Shown here: positions 19,812 to 28,894 of the stretch, piece after piece | Layout: every line of letters begins with the position of its first letter | Numbering within the stretch: position 1 is the first letter of the stretch | NCBI GenBank assembly: GCA_963716745.1 | Contig: OY970320.1 | Coordinates: 1,824,001-1,888,000 of the forward strand | Reading direction: 5' to 3' | Source of the DNA: an uncultured Gemmatimonadaceae bacterium | GTDB taxonomy: Bacteria; Gemmatimonadota; Gemmatimonadetes; Gemmatimonadales; Gemmatimonadaceae | DNA length: 64,000 nucleotides | Notes under the pieces: generated by a model | Databases searched by the model: none | Seen by the model: only the letters and a program-made list of their open reading frames with translations | Told to the model about the DNA's origin: nothing | Program-made: the position numbers and the translations under genes

Positions 19812-22800
19812 ATGAACATCTCTTCGCTCTTCATCCGCCGTCCGGTCATGACGACTCTCGTCATGGCCGGCATCCTGCTCTTCGGCTCCGTCGCCTACAA
19901 ACAGCTCCCGGTCAGCGACCTGCCGGCCGTGGATTACCCCACCATCTCGGTGGGCGCGAGCCTCCCTGGCGCAAGCGCCGAGACGATGGCGTCATCCGTC
20001 GCCACGCCGCTCGAGAAGCAGTTCTCGACCATCGCCGGCATCGATCAGATGTCGTCGCAGAGCAGCCAGGGGCTGACCTCGATCACGCTGCAGTTCACGC
20101 TCGACCGCAATATCGACGCCGCTGCCCAGGACGTGCAGTCGGCGATCGCGAAGACGCTGAGCCAGCTCCCGCCGGGGATGATCCCGCCGTCATACGGGAA
20201 GGTGGACCCGTCCTCCGCGCCGATCCTCTATCTGGCGCTCCGTTCCACGACGCTGCCGCTCTCGCAGCTCGACGAGTACGGCGAGACCTATCTCGCGCAA
20301 CGCATCTCGATGGTCGCCGGCGTCGCGCAGGTCCAAGTCTACGGCTCGCAGAAGTACGCCGTGCGCATCCAGCTCGACCCGGAAGCGCTGGCCGTGCGCA
20401 AGATCGGGATCGACGAGGTCGTGGACGCCGTGTCCTCCGGCAATGTGAATCTCCCCACCGGCGTGCTCTGGGGGAGCGACAAAGCGTACACAGTGCAGGC
20501 GAACGGGCAACTGGAGACCGCGAAGGCGTTCGGCCCGCTCATCGTCGCGTACCGCAATGGCGCGCCAGTGCGCCTGCAGGACCTCGGTCAAGTCGTCGAT
20601 GGCGTGCAGGACAGCAAGGTCGCGAGCTGGTTCAACGGCACGCGCGCGATCGTGCTCGCCATCCAACGGCAACCCGGCACGAACACCGTGGCTGTTGCGG
20701 AAGCGGTGAAAGCAGCGATGAAGGAACTCGAGCTCACCTTCCCCGCCTCCGTGACCGTCGAGACGCTGTTCGACCGGTCGGTCGGGATCCAGGCGTCGGT
20801 GTCCGACGTGAAGTTCACGCTCTCGCTGACGCTCGTGCTGGTCGTGCTCGTGATCTTCCTGTTCCTTCGGAACATCCCCGCCACGGTCATCCCCAGCCTC
20901 GCGCTCCCGATGTCGCTCGTTGGGACCTTCGCCGTGATGTACCTGCTCGGCTACAGCCTCGACAATCTGTCGCTCATGGCGCTCACGCTATCGGTCGGCT
21001 TCGTGGTGGACGATGCCATCGTGATGCTCGAGAACATCGTGCGCCACATGGAAATGGGAGAGCCGGTGATGCAGGCGGCGCTGAACGGCTCGCGTGAGAT
21101 CGGCTTCACCATTCTCTCGATGACGATCTCGCTCGTGGCCGTGTTCATCCCCGTGCTGTTTCTCGGCGGGCTGATCGGCCGGCTCTTCCACGAATTCGCC
21201 GTGACCATCGGCGTCGCGATCCTCGTCTCCGGCTTCGTGTCGCTCACGCTCACGCCTATGCTCTGCAGCCGCTTCCTGCGGCCGCAGCATGAGGACCAGG
21301 GCCGGTTCTTCAACGCGATCGAGCGCTTCTATGAGCGCGTGCTCGGTGGCTACGAGCGCACGCTGCATTGGGCCATGGACCACCGTCCCACGATGATGGT
21401 CTTTTCGCTCGTGATCCTGATCGGCACGCTGATCCTCGGCGCCCTCGTGCCGAAGGGATTCATTCCCAGCGAAGACCAGGGCCAGGTCTCTGTCACCACC
21501 GATGCACCCGAGGGCACTTCCTTCGAATCGATGGTTCGCCATCAGCAAGAGATGGCCGACATCGTGAAGGCCGATCCGGCCGTCGATGGCTTCATGTCAT
21601 CGCTCGGCGCCGGCGGCCGCTCACCCACGATCAACCAAGGGCGCATGTTCATCCACCTCAAGCCGCGGAAGGATCGCACGATGAGCGCGGATGAGTGGAT
21701 CGCCTATATGACGCCCAAGCTCAACCAGGTCACGGGCATCCGCGCGTACATGATCAACCCGCCGAGCATCAACATCGGCGGCCGCAGCACCAAGAGCCAA
21801 TACCAGTTCGTGCTCCAGAGCGCCGATATCGCCGCGCTCTACAAGTACGCTGACATCACCCTCGCCGCGATGAAGAAGATCCCCGGCCTGGCCGACGTCA
21901 CGACGGACCTGCAGATCCACAGTCCGCAGGTCAGCGTCGACATCGACCGTGACCGCGCGGCCTCGCTCGGCGTGAGCGCGAACGACATCGAGGGCGCGCT
22001 GTACAACGCCTACGGCGCACGGCAAGTCTCCACCATCTACACGCCGAACAACCAGTATTGGGTGATCATGGAGTTGCTCCCCCAGTATCAGAAGGATCTG
22101 GCCGGACTGAATCTGCTGTACATTCGTAGCAAGACCGGCGATCTCGTTCCGCTCGCGTCGCTCGCGCGACTCACTCCGTCGATGGGCCCGCTCACGGTCG
22201 GACACTCCGGCCAGATGCCGGCCGTCACGCTCTCGTTCAACCTCCAGCCCGGCGTCGCGCTCGGCGATGCGGTGAGCCGCGTGCAGAAAGTCGCGGATCA
22301 GATCCTTCCGGCGAGCGTCACGACCCAATTCGCCGGCACCGCGCAGGCCTTCCAGGCGGCGCAGCAGGGGCTGCTCATGCTCCTGATCTTGTCGATCCTG
22401 GTGATCTACATCGTGCTCGGCGTGCTCTACGAGAGCTTCATCCACCCGCTCACGATCCTCTCCGGCCTCCCGTTCGCCGGTTTCGGCGCGCTGCTCACCC
22501 TGTTCATCTTCCGGATGGAACTCAGCATCTACGCGTTCGTAGGAATCATCATGCTGATCGGCCTCGTGAAGAAGAACGCGATCATGATGATCGACTTCGC
22601 GCTGCATACGCAGCGCGAGCACAACAAGTCGCCCCGCGATGCGATCCTCGAGGCGTGCGTCGTGCGCTTCCGTCCCATCATGATGACCACGATGGCCGCC
22701 CTCATGGGAACGCTGCCCATCGCGCTCGGCGCCGGCGCGGGCGCGGAATCGCGCCGCCCGCTCGGTGTCGCCGTGGTGGGTGGGTTGGCCTTCTCGCAAT

Positions 22801-22937
22801 TGATCACGCTCTATATCACGCCAGTGGTGTACACGTACTTGGACGCGTTCCAGCAGCGCCTCGCCGCCCGCAATGCGGCGCGGGCCGCCCGGCATGCGTC
22901 CGGAACGGTGCCGGCGCCCAGCGGGAGTGCGGCGTAG
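19812..22937 (+). CDS. RND efflux permease (MdtB/MdtC-like)
   Basis: FIRRPVMTTL, GFVVDDAIVMLENI, GLVKKNAIMMIDFA, RFRPIMMTT. Confidence 0.95.
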   Translation: MNISSLFIRRPVMTTLVMAGILLFGSVAYKQLPVSDLPAVDYPTISVGASLPGASAETMASSVATPLEKQFSTIAGIDQMSSQSSQGLTSITLQFTLDRNIDAAAQDVQSAIAKTLSQLPPGMIPPSYGKVDPSSAPILYLALRSTTLPLSQLDEYGETYLAQRISMVAGVAQVQVYGSQKYAVRIQLDPEALAVRKIGIDEVVDAVSSGNVNLPTGVLWGSDKAYTVQANGQLETAKAFGPLIVAYRNGAPVRLQDLGQVVDGVQDSKVASWFNGTRAIVLAIQRQPGTNTVAVAEAVKAAMKELELTFPASVTVETLFDRSVGIQASVSDVKFTLSLTLVLVVLVIFLFLRNIPATVIPSLALPMSLVGTFAVMYLLGYSLDNLSLMALTLSVGFVVDDAIVMLENIVRHMEMGEPVMQAALNGSREIGFTILSMTISLVAVFIPVLFLGGLIGRLFHEFAVTIGVAILVSGFVSLTLTPMLCSRFLRPQHEDQGRFFNAIERFYERVLGGYERTLHWAMDHRPTMMVFSLVILIGTLILGALVPKGFIPSEDQGQVSVTTDAPEGTSFESMVRHQQEMADIVKADPAVDGFMSSLGAGGRSPTINQGRMFIHLKPRKDRTMSADEWIAYMTPKLNQVTGIRAYMINPPSINIGGRSTKSQYQFVLQSADIAALYKYADITLAAMKKIPGLADVTTDLQIHSPQVSVDIDRDRAASLGVSANDIEGALYNAYGARQVSTIYTPNNQYWVIMELLPQYQKDLAGLNLLYIRSKTGDLVPLASLARLTPSMGPLTVGHSGQMPAVTLSFNLQPGVALGDAVSRVQKVADQILPASVTTQFAGTAQAFQAAQQGLLMLLILSILVIYIVLGVLYESFIHPLTILSGLPFAGFGALLTLFIFRMELSIYAFVGIIMLIGLVKKNAIMMIDFALHTQREHNKSPRDAILEACVVRFRPIMMTTMAALMGTLPIALGAGAGAESRRPLGVAVVGGLAFSQLITLYITPVVYTYLDAFQQRLAARNAARAARHASGTVPAPSGSAA

Positions 22938-22979
22938 CACCGCGCGCGGCAGCGTCACGAGATCGATTCGAAATAATGC

Positions 22980-23008
22980 TTGACGGATTCGACAGTGTGT
23001 TGTATTGG
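22980..23008 (+). promoter_or_regulatory. Putative sigma70 promoter of H1-like gene
   Basis: TTGACG-N17-TATTGG; imperfect -10. Confidence 0.4.
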
Positions 23009-23091
23009 GAAGCTCGGAAACGGCGGTCGAACGCGATGCGAACCGCCCGCTGATGTTCCCGAGCCTGGGAAAAACCCGACAGGAGGCGATC

Positions 23092-23601
23092 ATGCCGCGC
23101 GGTGACGACGTCAACAACACGCTTCGCTTCGCCGATCACGACGACGACGACGAAGAGATCGGTTACGGCGGTGGCGGTGGCGGTGCCTCGTACGATGAGG
23201 ACGAGGACGAGGAAGGCGGCTGGGGCATGACCAAGCAGAGCGGTGAAGAGCTCTGGGACAGCGCCGAGGACGAGGAAGAGCAGGAAGAGGCGACGCCCGC
23301 CGTGGTCGTCGAAGAAGAAGAGACGATGGGCATCGTTCCCATCGCGGGTTCGAGCCGCGCGACGATCATCGGCGGCTCCGCGACCGCGAAGGGTGCCGCG
23401 GCGAAGGTCGCGCCCGCGAAGGCTGCCCCGAAGGCTGCCCCGAAGAAGGCCGCTCCGGCGAGCAAGGCCAAGGCGGCCAAGAAGCCGGCCGCCAAGAAGG
23501 CCACGAAGCCCGCGAAGAAGCCGGCCGCCAAGAAGGCCAAGAAGGCCAAGCCGGCGAAGAAGAAGGCCGCGAAGGCCAAGAAGAAGGGCAAGAAGCGCTA
23601 G
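23092..23601 (+). CDS. Low-complexity protein: acidic N-half, histone-H1-like Lys/Ala/Pro C-half
   Basis: AGGAGG RBS; DHDDDDEE/EDEEEQEE then KAAPKKAAP/KKPAAKK repeats. Confidence 0.75.
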   Translation: MPRGDDVNNTLRFADHDDDDEEIGYGGGGGGASYDEDEDEEGGWGMTKQSGEELWDSAEDEEEQEEATPAVVVEEEETMGIVPIAGSSRATIIGGSATAKGAAAKVAPAKAAPKAAPKKAAPASKAKAAKKPAAKKATKPAKKPAAKKAKKAKPAKKKAAKAKKKGKKR

Positions 23602-23622
23602 CCGGCCGCTTGGCCGGACGTG

Positions 23623-23655
23623 AGGCGGGGACCGCGTGAGCGGTCTCCGCCTTTT
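23623..23655 (+). terminator. Rho-independent terminator
   Basis: AGGCGGGGACCGC-gtga-GCGGTCTCCGCCTTTT. Confidence 0.8.
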
Positions 23656-23713
23656 CGCATCCGGCAAGCGCTTCGCCGCTCGCCGTGCCGCATCTGGACT
23701 GTTATCGTTCGCC

Positions 23714-24268
23714 ATGGTCGAGTCGCCGTCTTCACCCGTTCCGCTTCTGCGCGCGCATGCGCGCCACGCTCCGTGGAACGCCCGCGGGCTCGCTGCCCAC
23801 GCCACCGCACTCGTCGAAGCGTCCGCCCTGCGGCCCACGAACGCCGTCGCGCGCGCGGAGCCCAGCGCACGTGCTGTGCGCTTCTACGTCGCGAGCGGAT
23901 TGCTCGATCGCCCCGACGGAACGGGTACCGCCGCGACCTACGGATATCGTCATCTATTGCAGCTGCTCTTCATCAAGATCCGGCAGCGCGAAGGGCAGAC
24001 CCTCGAGAAGATCAAGCTCGAACTCACCGGGCAGAGCGGCGACGCACTCGAGCGCCGCGCGGCCACGGCCCTCGCGCCCGCGCTCTCGGCCGGGCCTGAG
24101 GGCGCGCCGGCACCCGCGCCCGATGGTGAAGGCGTGTGGCACCGCGTGCCCGTTGCGAACGGCATCGAGCTCCATGTGAGAGAGGATTCCCCCGCGTCCC
24201 GGCGCGAAGCGATCATCGCCATCCGCGAAGCCGTGCGCGCGGCGCTCTCCCGGGCCGATATCCGCTGA
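23714..24268 (+). CDS. MerR-type HTH protein
   Basis: ARAVRFYVASGLLDRPDG..ATYGYRHLLQLLFIKIRQREGQTLEKIK; C-terminal WHRVPVANGIELHVR. Confidence 0.75.
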   Translation: MVESPSSPVPLLRAHARHAPWNARGLAAHATALVEASALRPTNAVARAEPSARAVRFYVASGLLDRPDGTGTAATYGYRHLLQLLFIKIRQREGQTLEKIKLELTGQSGDALERRAATALAPALSAGPEGAPAPAPDGEGVWHRVPVANGIELHVREDSPASRREAIIAIREAVRAALSRADIR

Positions 24269-24276
24269 ATCCGGCC

Positions 24277-24987
24277 GTGAGATTCTCGGGCAAGAACGTG
24301 CTGATCACGGGCGTCGGCCGGGCCGGGCAGGTCGGCGAGGCTGTCGCGCGCGCGTTCGGCGCGGAAGGCGCTCGGCTCCTGGTCGTGGACCTGTCGCTGG
24401 ACGACGCCAACGCACGCGCCACGGACCTGCGCGCCGCGGGCGCCGAGGTCCACGCCTTCGCCTGCGATCTCTCCGACGCCACGCAGCTCACGCGCCTCGC
24501 CACGGAGGCCGGCGCCGTCATCGGCGGCCGGCTCGACGCGCTCGTGTGTCTCGCGGGCGGCTTCGCGATGACCGGCCCGGTCGCCGAAAGCGACCCGGCC
24601 GCGTGGCAGAAACAGTTCACGATCAATCTCACCACAGCGTATCTCACCACGCGCGCTTTCTTGCCGGCGGTTCGAGCCGCACGCGGAGCGATCGTGTATT
24701 TCGCCGCGGCTGCCGCATTGCCGGGAGGCTCCGCGGCCGGAATGGCGGCGTATGTCGCCGCCAAATCGGGTGTGATCGCGCTCATGCGAGCCGTCGCGGC
24801 CGATGAGCGCGCGAACCACGTGCGCGCGAACGCCGTCGCGCCCACCCAGATCCGAACCGCCGCCAATCTCCAGTCGATGGGCGATGGGGCCAAATACGTC
24901 GAGCGTGAAGAGGCGGCCGCGACGGTGTGCTATCTGGCCAGCGGCGACGCCTCTGCCATCTCCGGCCAGGTGATCCGGCTCGGCTGA
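24277..24987 (+). CDS. Short-chain dehydrogenase/reductase
   Basis: VLITGVGRAGQVG, YVAAK, VRANAVAP, ISGQVI. Confidence 0.9.
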   Translation: MRFSGKNVLITGVGRAGQVGEAVARAFGAEGARLLVVDLSLDDANARATDLRAAGAEVHAFACDLSDATQLTRLATEAGAVIGGRLDALVCLAGGFAMTGPVAESDPAAWQKQFTINLTTAYLTTRAFLPAVRAARGAIVYFAAAAALPGGSAAGMAAYVAAKSGVIALMRAVAADERANHVRANAVAPTQIRTAANLQSMGDGAKYVEREEAAATVCYLASGDASAISGQVIRLG

Positions 24988-25020
24988 CGCTTGGTGGCCC
25001 CAGCGCTTGCTTAAGTCCGG

Positions 25021-25893
25021 ATGCCCCGCCACTTTACGAGCATGACCCTTGCGGTACGCCGCCGGACGTCCGCTCGAACGATCCTCCTCGATCGTTCGCT
25101 GGAGGCGCTTCCCCTCTTCCGGCTCAGCGACTCTGCGGACGACTCGGCGATCGATTTCGCGCTGCCCGGCAACGCCCGTTGGCGCGTGCTGCCCAGCCCC
25201 GGCGACCGCCTCCCGGGCACGTTCGATCAGGATGTCTTCATCGAACTCTGGCACCGGTACCAGGATGGCGGCGCCCCGGCCGACGGGATCGTCTCGTTCA
25301 CGTTGCATGCCTTCCTGCGTTCCATTGGCCGCCGCGTGGATGGCCGAACGTACGAGCAGCTTCGCTCCGCGCTGACTCGCCTGCAGCACACCACGCTCGA
25401 GTCGCAGGGCGCCTATTTCGAAGCGGCGTCGCAAGGCTGCATCGATGCGCGCTTCAGCGTGCTCACGGCGGTGTTCATCGAGCGCCGCCGCGTTGCCGAA
25501 CGGGATCAGCTGGCGCTGTTCGACACGCTCACCGCGTCCGAACCGGGCGAAGCGCACGTCACGCTGTCCCCCCTGATGCGCGCGAACATCGCGGCCGGAC
25601 GCACTGCCGCTCTGTCGGCCCCGCAGTATCTTGCGCTCTCGTCTCCCGTCGCCCGGCGTTTGTATCGCTTGCTCGAAGTCGCCCGCGCGGACGGGAACGT
25701 CACATGGCGCGTCGGCCTGGCGCAGCTTGCGGAGCAGATCCCGCTCGCTCAACGCTATCCGTCGCACCTGCAGCGGGTGTTGCAGCCGGCGCATGAGATG
25801 CTCCTGGCCGGCGGCCTGCTGCGTGACGCGATCGTACGGCAGCATCAACGCGAGTGGTACGTCGATTACGTTCTTGCCAGCCGAATGGCGTGA
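25021..25893 (+). CDS. Plasmid-type replication initiator protein A-like (RepA/TrfA-like winged helix)
   Basis: LEALPLFRLS, LPGTFDQDVF, FTLHAFLRSIG..GRTYEQLRSALTRLQHT, YLALSSPVARRLYRLL, YPSHLQRVLQPAHEML; recognised from memory, start may be ATG 25042. Confidence 0.65.
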   Translation: MPRHFTSMTLAVRRRTSARTILLDRSLEALPLFRLSDSADDSAIDFALPGNARWRVLPSPGDRLPGTFDQDVFIELWHRYQDGGAPADGIVSFTLHAFLRSIGRRVDGRTYEQLRSALTRLQHTTLESQGAYFEAASQGCIDARFSVLTAVFIERRRVAERDQLALFDTLTASEPGEAHVTLSPLMRANIAAGRTAALSAPQYLALSSPVARRLYRLLEVARADGNVTWRVGLAQLAEQIPLAQRYPSHLQRVLQPAHEMLLAGGLLRDAIVRQHQREWYVDYVLASRMA

Positions 25894-25943
25894 TCCGGCC
25901 GGCATCACCAGTCTCTCTCTCCCCATCTCCCGGAGTCCTTCCT

Positions 25944-26114
25944 ATGGCGACGAAGCTCGACAAGACGATCAAGCGTGAACTTGAGATCGACGGTCAGGCG
26001 TACATGATCAGCATCATGCCGACCGGCGTGAAGATGACGAAGAAGGGATTTCGGAACGGGCCGGAGATGACGTGGAAGCAGATCCTATCCTCGGGCGCCG
26101 AAAACCCCGCCTGA
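25944..26114 (+). CDS. Small hypothetical protein (56 aa)
   Basis: GGAG RBS; MATKLDKTIKRELEIDG...KKGFRNGPEMTWKQI; coding-like codon usage. Confidence 0.65.
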   Translation: MATKLDKTIKRELEIDGQAYMISIMPTGVKMTKKGFRNGPEMTWKQILSSGAENPA

Positions 26115-26143
26115 TCCTGCGAACGGATACGCGCGCGGCGGCC

Positions 26144-26169
26144 GGAACTTCGCGCCCGCCGCGCCGTAT
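26144..26169 (+). promoter_or_regulatory. Putative ECF sigma promoter
   Basis: GGAAC-N17-GTAT upstream of S41 operon. Confidence 0.5.
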
Positions 26170-26225
26170 TCCGTGTTGGAGCGCTGCCGCGTCCGGCGGC
26201 GCCATTCCCTAGACCAGCACCCCTC

Positions 26226-27812
26226 ATGCCCCGCCTCCGCACCGTCGCCCTCGCGGGCGCGCTCGCGCTCCCCCTGGCGTTCGGTGGATTCCTGCTCGCA
26301 GGCCGCCGCAGTCACGATGGCGCGCAGATGTTCGATCAGGTCCTTGGCCTCGTGCAGGACCGGTTCGTCGACACCCTGCCCCCCGATGCGCTGTACGAGA
26401 AAGCCGCGCGCGGGTTGGTGACCCAACTACGCGATCCGTACTCGGAACTGTTCTCGCCGAAGCAGCAGGCGCGATTCAAGCAGCAGTCCACGGGCCGGTA
26501 CGGCGGCGTGGGCATGCAGATCGAGCAGCAAGAGGGGAATGTCGTCGTCGTGCGCGTCTTCCCGAACACGCCGGCCGAAGCCGCGGGCATCATCGAGGGC
26601 GACCGCATCGTCGGGATCGACACGGCCAACACGCGCGGCTGGACGTCGCAGCAGGTGTCCGATGTGATGATCGGCAAGGTCGGCACCAAGGTCACGGTGC
26701 GCTTCGCGCGGCCGGGCATGTCCGCACCGATCGAGCACGCGTTCGTTCGCGCCGAGATCCACATCCCCGCGGTGCCGTACGCCGTGATGCTGCAGCACGA
26801 CATCGGGTACGTGCCGCTCCAGACGTTCAGCGAGAACGCCTCCGACGAGTTGCAGTCGGCGGTGGACCGCCTCACCAAGGCGGGCGCCAAGCGGATCATC
26901 GTGGATCTTCGTAGCGATCCGGGTGGACTCCTCACGCAGGCGCTCTCGGTCGCCTCGCTCTTCCTTGAGAGCGGCAAGCCGATCGCGAGCGTGCGCACGC
27001 GTCAGCCGCCCGCGGAGACGTACACGTCGAAAGGCAGCGAGCACCTCACCGCCGTACCGTTGGTCGTGCTCGTGGACGGATTCTCCGCCTCCGCGAGCGA
27101 GATCGTCGCGGGCGCGCTGCAGGATGAGGATCGCGCGCTCCTCGTGGGAACGCGCACGTTCGGCAAGGGGCTCGTGCAGTCGGTGTACAACCTCGACGAC
27201 GGCTGGGCGCTCAAGCTCACGACCGGCAAGTGGTACACGCCGAGCGCGCGCAGCATCCAGCAGGATCGCACGCGGCATCTGCCAGGCGACGAGGACATCC
27301 TGCCTTCGGATACCGCGAAGAAGGATACCTCGCTCGCGGCGCGACCCACCGTGAAGAGCGCCGCCGGCCGCACCCTTTACGGCGGCGGCGGGATCACGCC
27401 CGACGTGATCGTGCTTCCCGACACGCTCAGCACCGCCGAGCAGGATTTCAACAAGCTCATCGCGCCGAAGTTCCCGCTCGTGCGCGCCGCGCTGTATGAC
27501 ATCGCGCTCGAGCAGAAGGCGTCGGTGTCGCCCGGCTTCACCGTGCCCGCCGCCTGGCGCGACCAGTTCTTCAAGCGCCTCATGCAGGACAGCATCAAGC
27601 TCACGCGTCAGCAGTTCGATGCCGTGTCGCCGTACATCGATCGCGTCATCGGTGCGCAGGTGGCGCGCGTCGCGTTCGGCGATTCGGGCGCGTTCCGCCG
27701 CGGCATCCCGGCCGACGTTCAGCTGCAGCGCGCGATCGATCTGCTCCAGCGCGCCAGCACGCAGCAGGAGCTCTTCTCCCTCATGCCAGCGGCCCAAGCC
27801 GCCAAACACTAG
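26226..27812 (+). CDS. Carboxyl-terminal processing protease (S41A, PDZ)
   Basis: LRDPYS, YGGVGM, DLRSDPGGLL, SASASEIVAGALQD, TFGKGLVQ. Confidence 0.92.
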   Translation: MPRLRTVALAGALALPLAFGGFLLAGRRSHDGAQMFDQVLGLVQDRFVDTLPPDALYEKAARGLVTQLRDPYSELFSPKQQARFKQQSTGRYGGVGMQIEQQEGNVVVVRVFPNTPAEAAGIIEGDRIVGIDTANTRGWTSQQVSDVMIGKVGTKVTVRFARPGMSAPIEHAFVRAEIHIPAVPYAVMLQHDIGYVPLQTFSENASDELQSAVDRLTKAGAKRIIVDLRSDPGGLLTQALSVASLFLESGKPIASVRTRQPPAETYTSKGSEHLTAVPLVVLVDGFSASASEIVAGALQDEDRALLVGTRTFGKGLVQSVYNLDDGWALKLTTGKWYTPSARSIQQDRTRHLPGDEDILPSDTAKKDTSLAARPTVKSAAGRTLYGGGGITPDVIVLPDTLSTAEQDFNKLIAPKFPLVRAALYDIALEQKASVSPGFTVPAAWRDQFFKRLMQDSIKLTRQQFDAVSPYIDRVIGAQVARVAFGDSGAFRRGIPADVQLQRAIDLLQRASTQQELFSLMPAAQAAKH

Positions 27813-27820
27813 GACCCCCT

Positions 27821-28882
27821 GTGCTCCGATCCAGTTTCCGTGTCACCGTTGCGATCACAACGCTCGTCGTTGGCGCCGCTGCCCAGACGCCCGACCCGAT
27901 GCACGCCACGCCGGTCGCTCCGGCGCCCGGCGAGGAGAAGCATCTCGCGAACATCCGCCAGCTCACGCACGGCGGCGACAACGCCGAGGCGTATTTCAGC
28001 GCCGATGGCAAACAGCTGACATTCCAGTCCACGCGCGATGGCCGTACCTGCGATCAGCAGTACACCATGAACCTCGATGGCACCAACGTGAAGCGCATCT
28101 CCAGCGGACAGGGGAAGACCACCTGCGGCTACTTCTTCGCGAACGACAAGAAGATCTTCTACGCCAGCACGTTCGCGGTGGACACGGCCTGCCCGGTGAA
28201 GCCCGATCCCTCCAAGGGCTATGTGTGGGGGCTCGATCCGTTCGACATCTACACCGCGAACCCCGACGGCTCGGGGCTCAAGCCGCTCACGCAGAACCAT
28301 GTCTACACGGCCGAGGGCACGCTCTCGCCCGACGGGACGTCCATCGTCTTCACGTCGCTCAAGGATGGCGACCTCGAGATCTACACCATGAACGTGGACG
28401 GCTCGAACGTGAAGCGCCTCACCCACACGCCGGGCTATGATGGCGGCGCGTTCTTCTCGCCCGACGGCAAGAAGATCGTCTACCGCGCGAACCACCCCAC
28501 CGATTCGGCGCTCAAGGACTATCAGGATCTCCTCAAGCAGCACATCGTGCGTCCCACGCACATGGAGATCTGGGTCATGAACGCCGACGGCAGCGACCAG
28601 CACCAGATCACCAATCTCGGCGGCGCGAACTTCGCCCCCTTCTTCACGCCGGACGGAAAGAAGATCATCTTCTCGTCCAACTATAAGAATCCGCACAGCT
28701 CCAATTTCGATCTGTATCTTGTGAACCTCGACGGCAGCGGACTCGAGCAGATCACGTTCGATACCGGATTCGATGGCTTTCCGCAGTTCAGTCCGGATGG
28801 GAAGCAGCTCGTGTGGGTCGCGCACCGCTATGCGGCGGGCGAGCGCGAGGTGAACATCTTCATCGCGGATTGGAAGCACTAA
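27821..28882 (+). CDS. Secreted TolB-like PD40 beta-propeller protein
   Basis: Repeated FSPDGKKI/IYTMNVDGS; NIRQLTHGGDNAEAYFS. Confidence 0.85.
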   Translation: MLRSSFRVTVAITTLVVGAAAQTPDPMHATPVAPAPGEEKHLANIRQLTHGGDNAEAYFSADGKQLTFQSTRDGRTCDQQYTMNLDGTNVKRISSGQGKTTCGYFFANDKKIFYASTFAVDTACPVKPDPSKGYVWGLDPFDIYTANPDGSGLKPLTQNHVYTAEGTLSPDGTSIVFTSLKDGDLEIYTMNVDGSNVKRLTHTPGYDGGAFFSPDGKKIVYRANHPTDSALKDYQDLLKQHIVRPTHMEIWVMNADGSDQHQITNLGGANFAPFFTPDGKKIIFSSNYKNPHSSNFDLYLVNLDGSGLEQITFDTGFDGFPQFSPDGKQLVWVAHRYAAGEREVNIFIADWKH

Positions 28883-28894
28883 CGAGGAGGAACG

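Noticed and set aside
23400..23598. Tandem nucleotide repeats (aagaagccggccgcc etc.) as CRISPR or iterons
   Set aside because: In-frame codon repeats of the K/A/P protein; no spacers
23636..26114. Integrated plasmid or prophage around the Rep-like gene
   Set aside because: No integrase, att repeats, partition, transfer or phage genes, and no compositional shift seen
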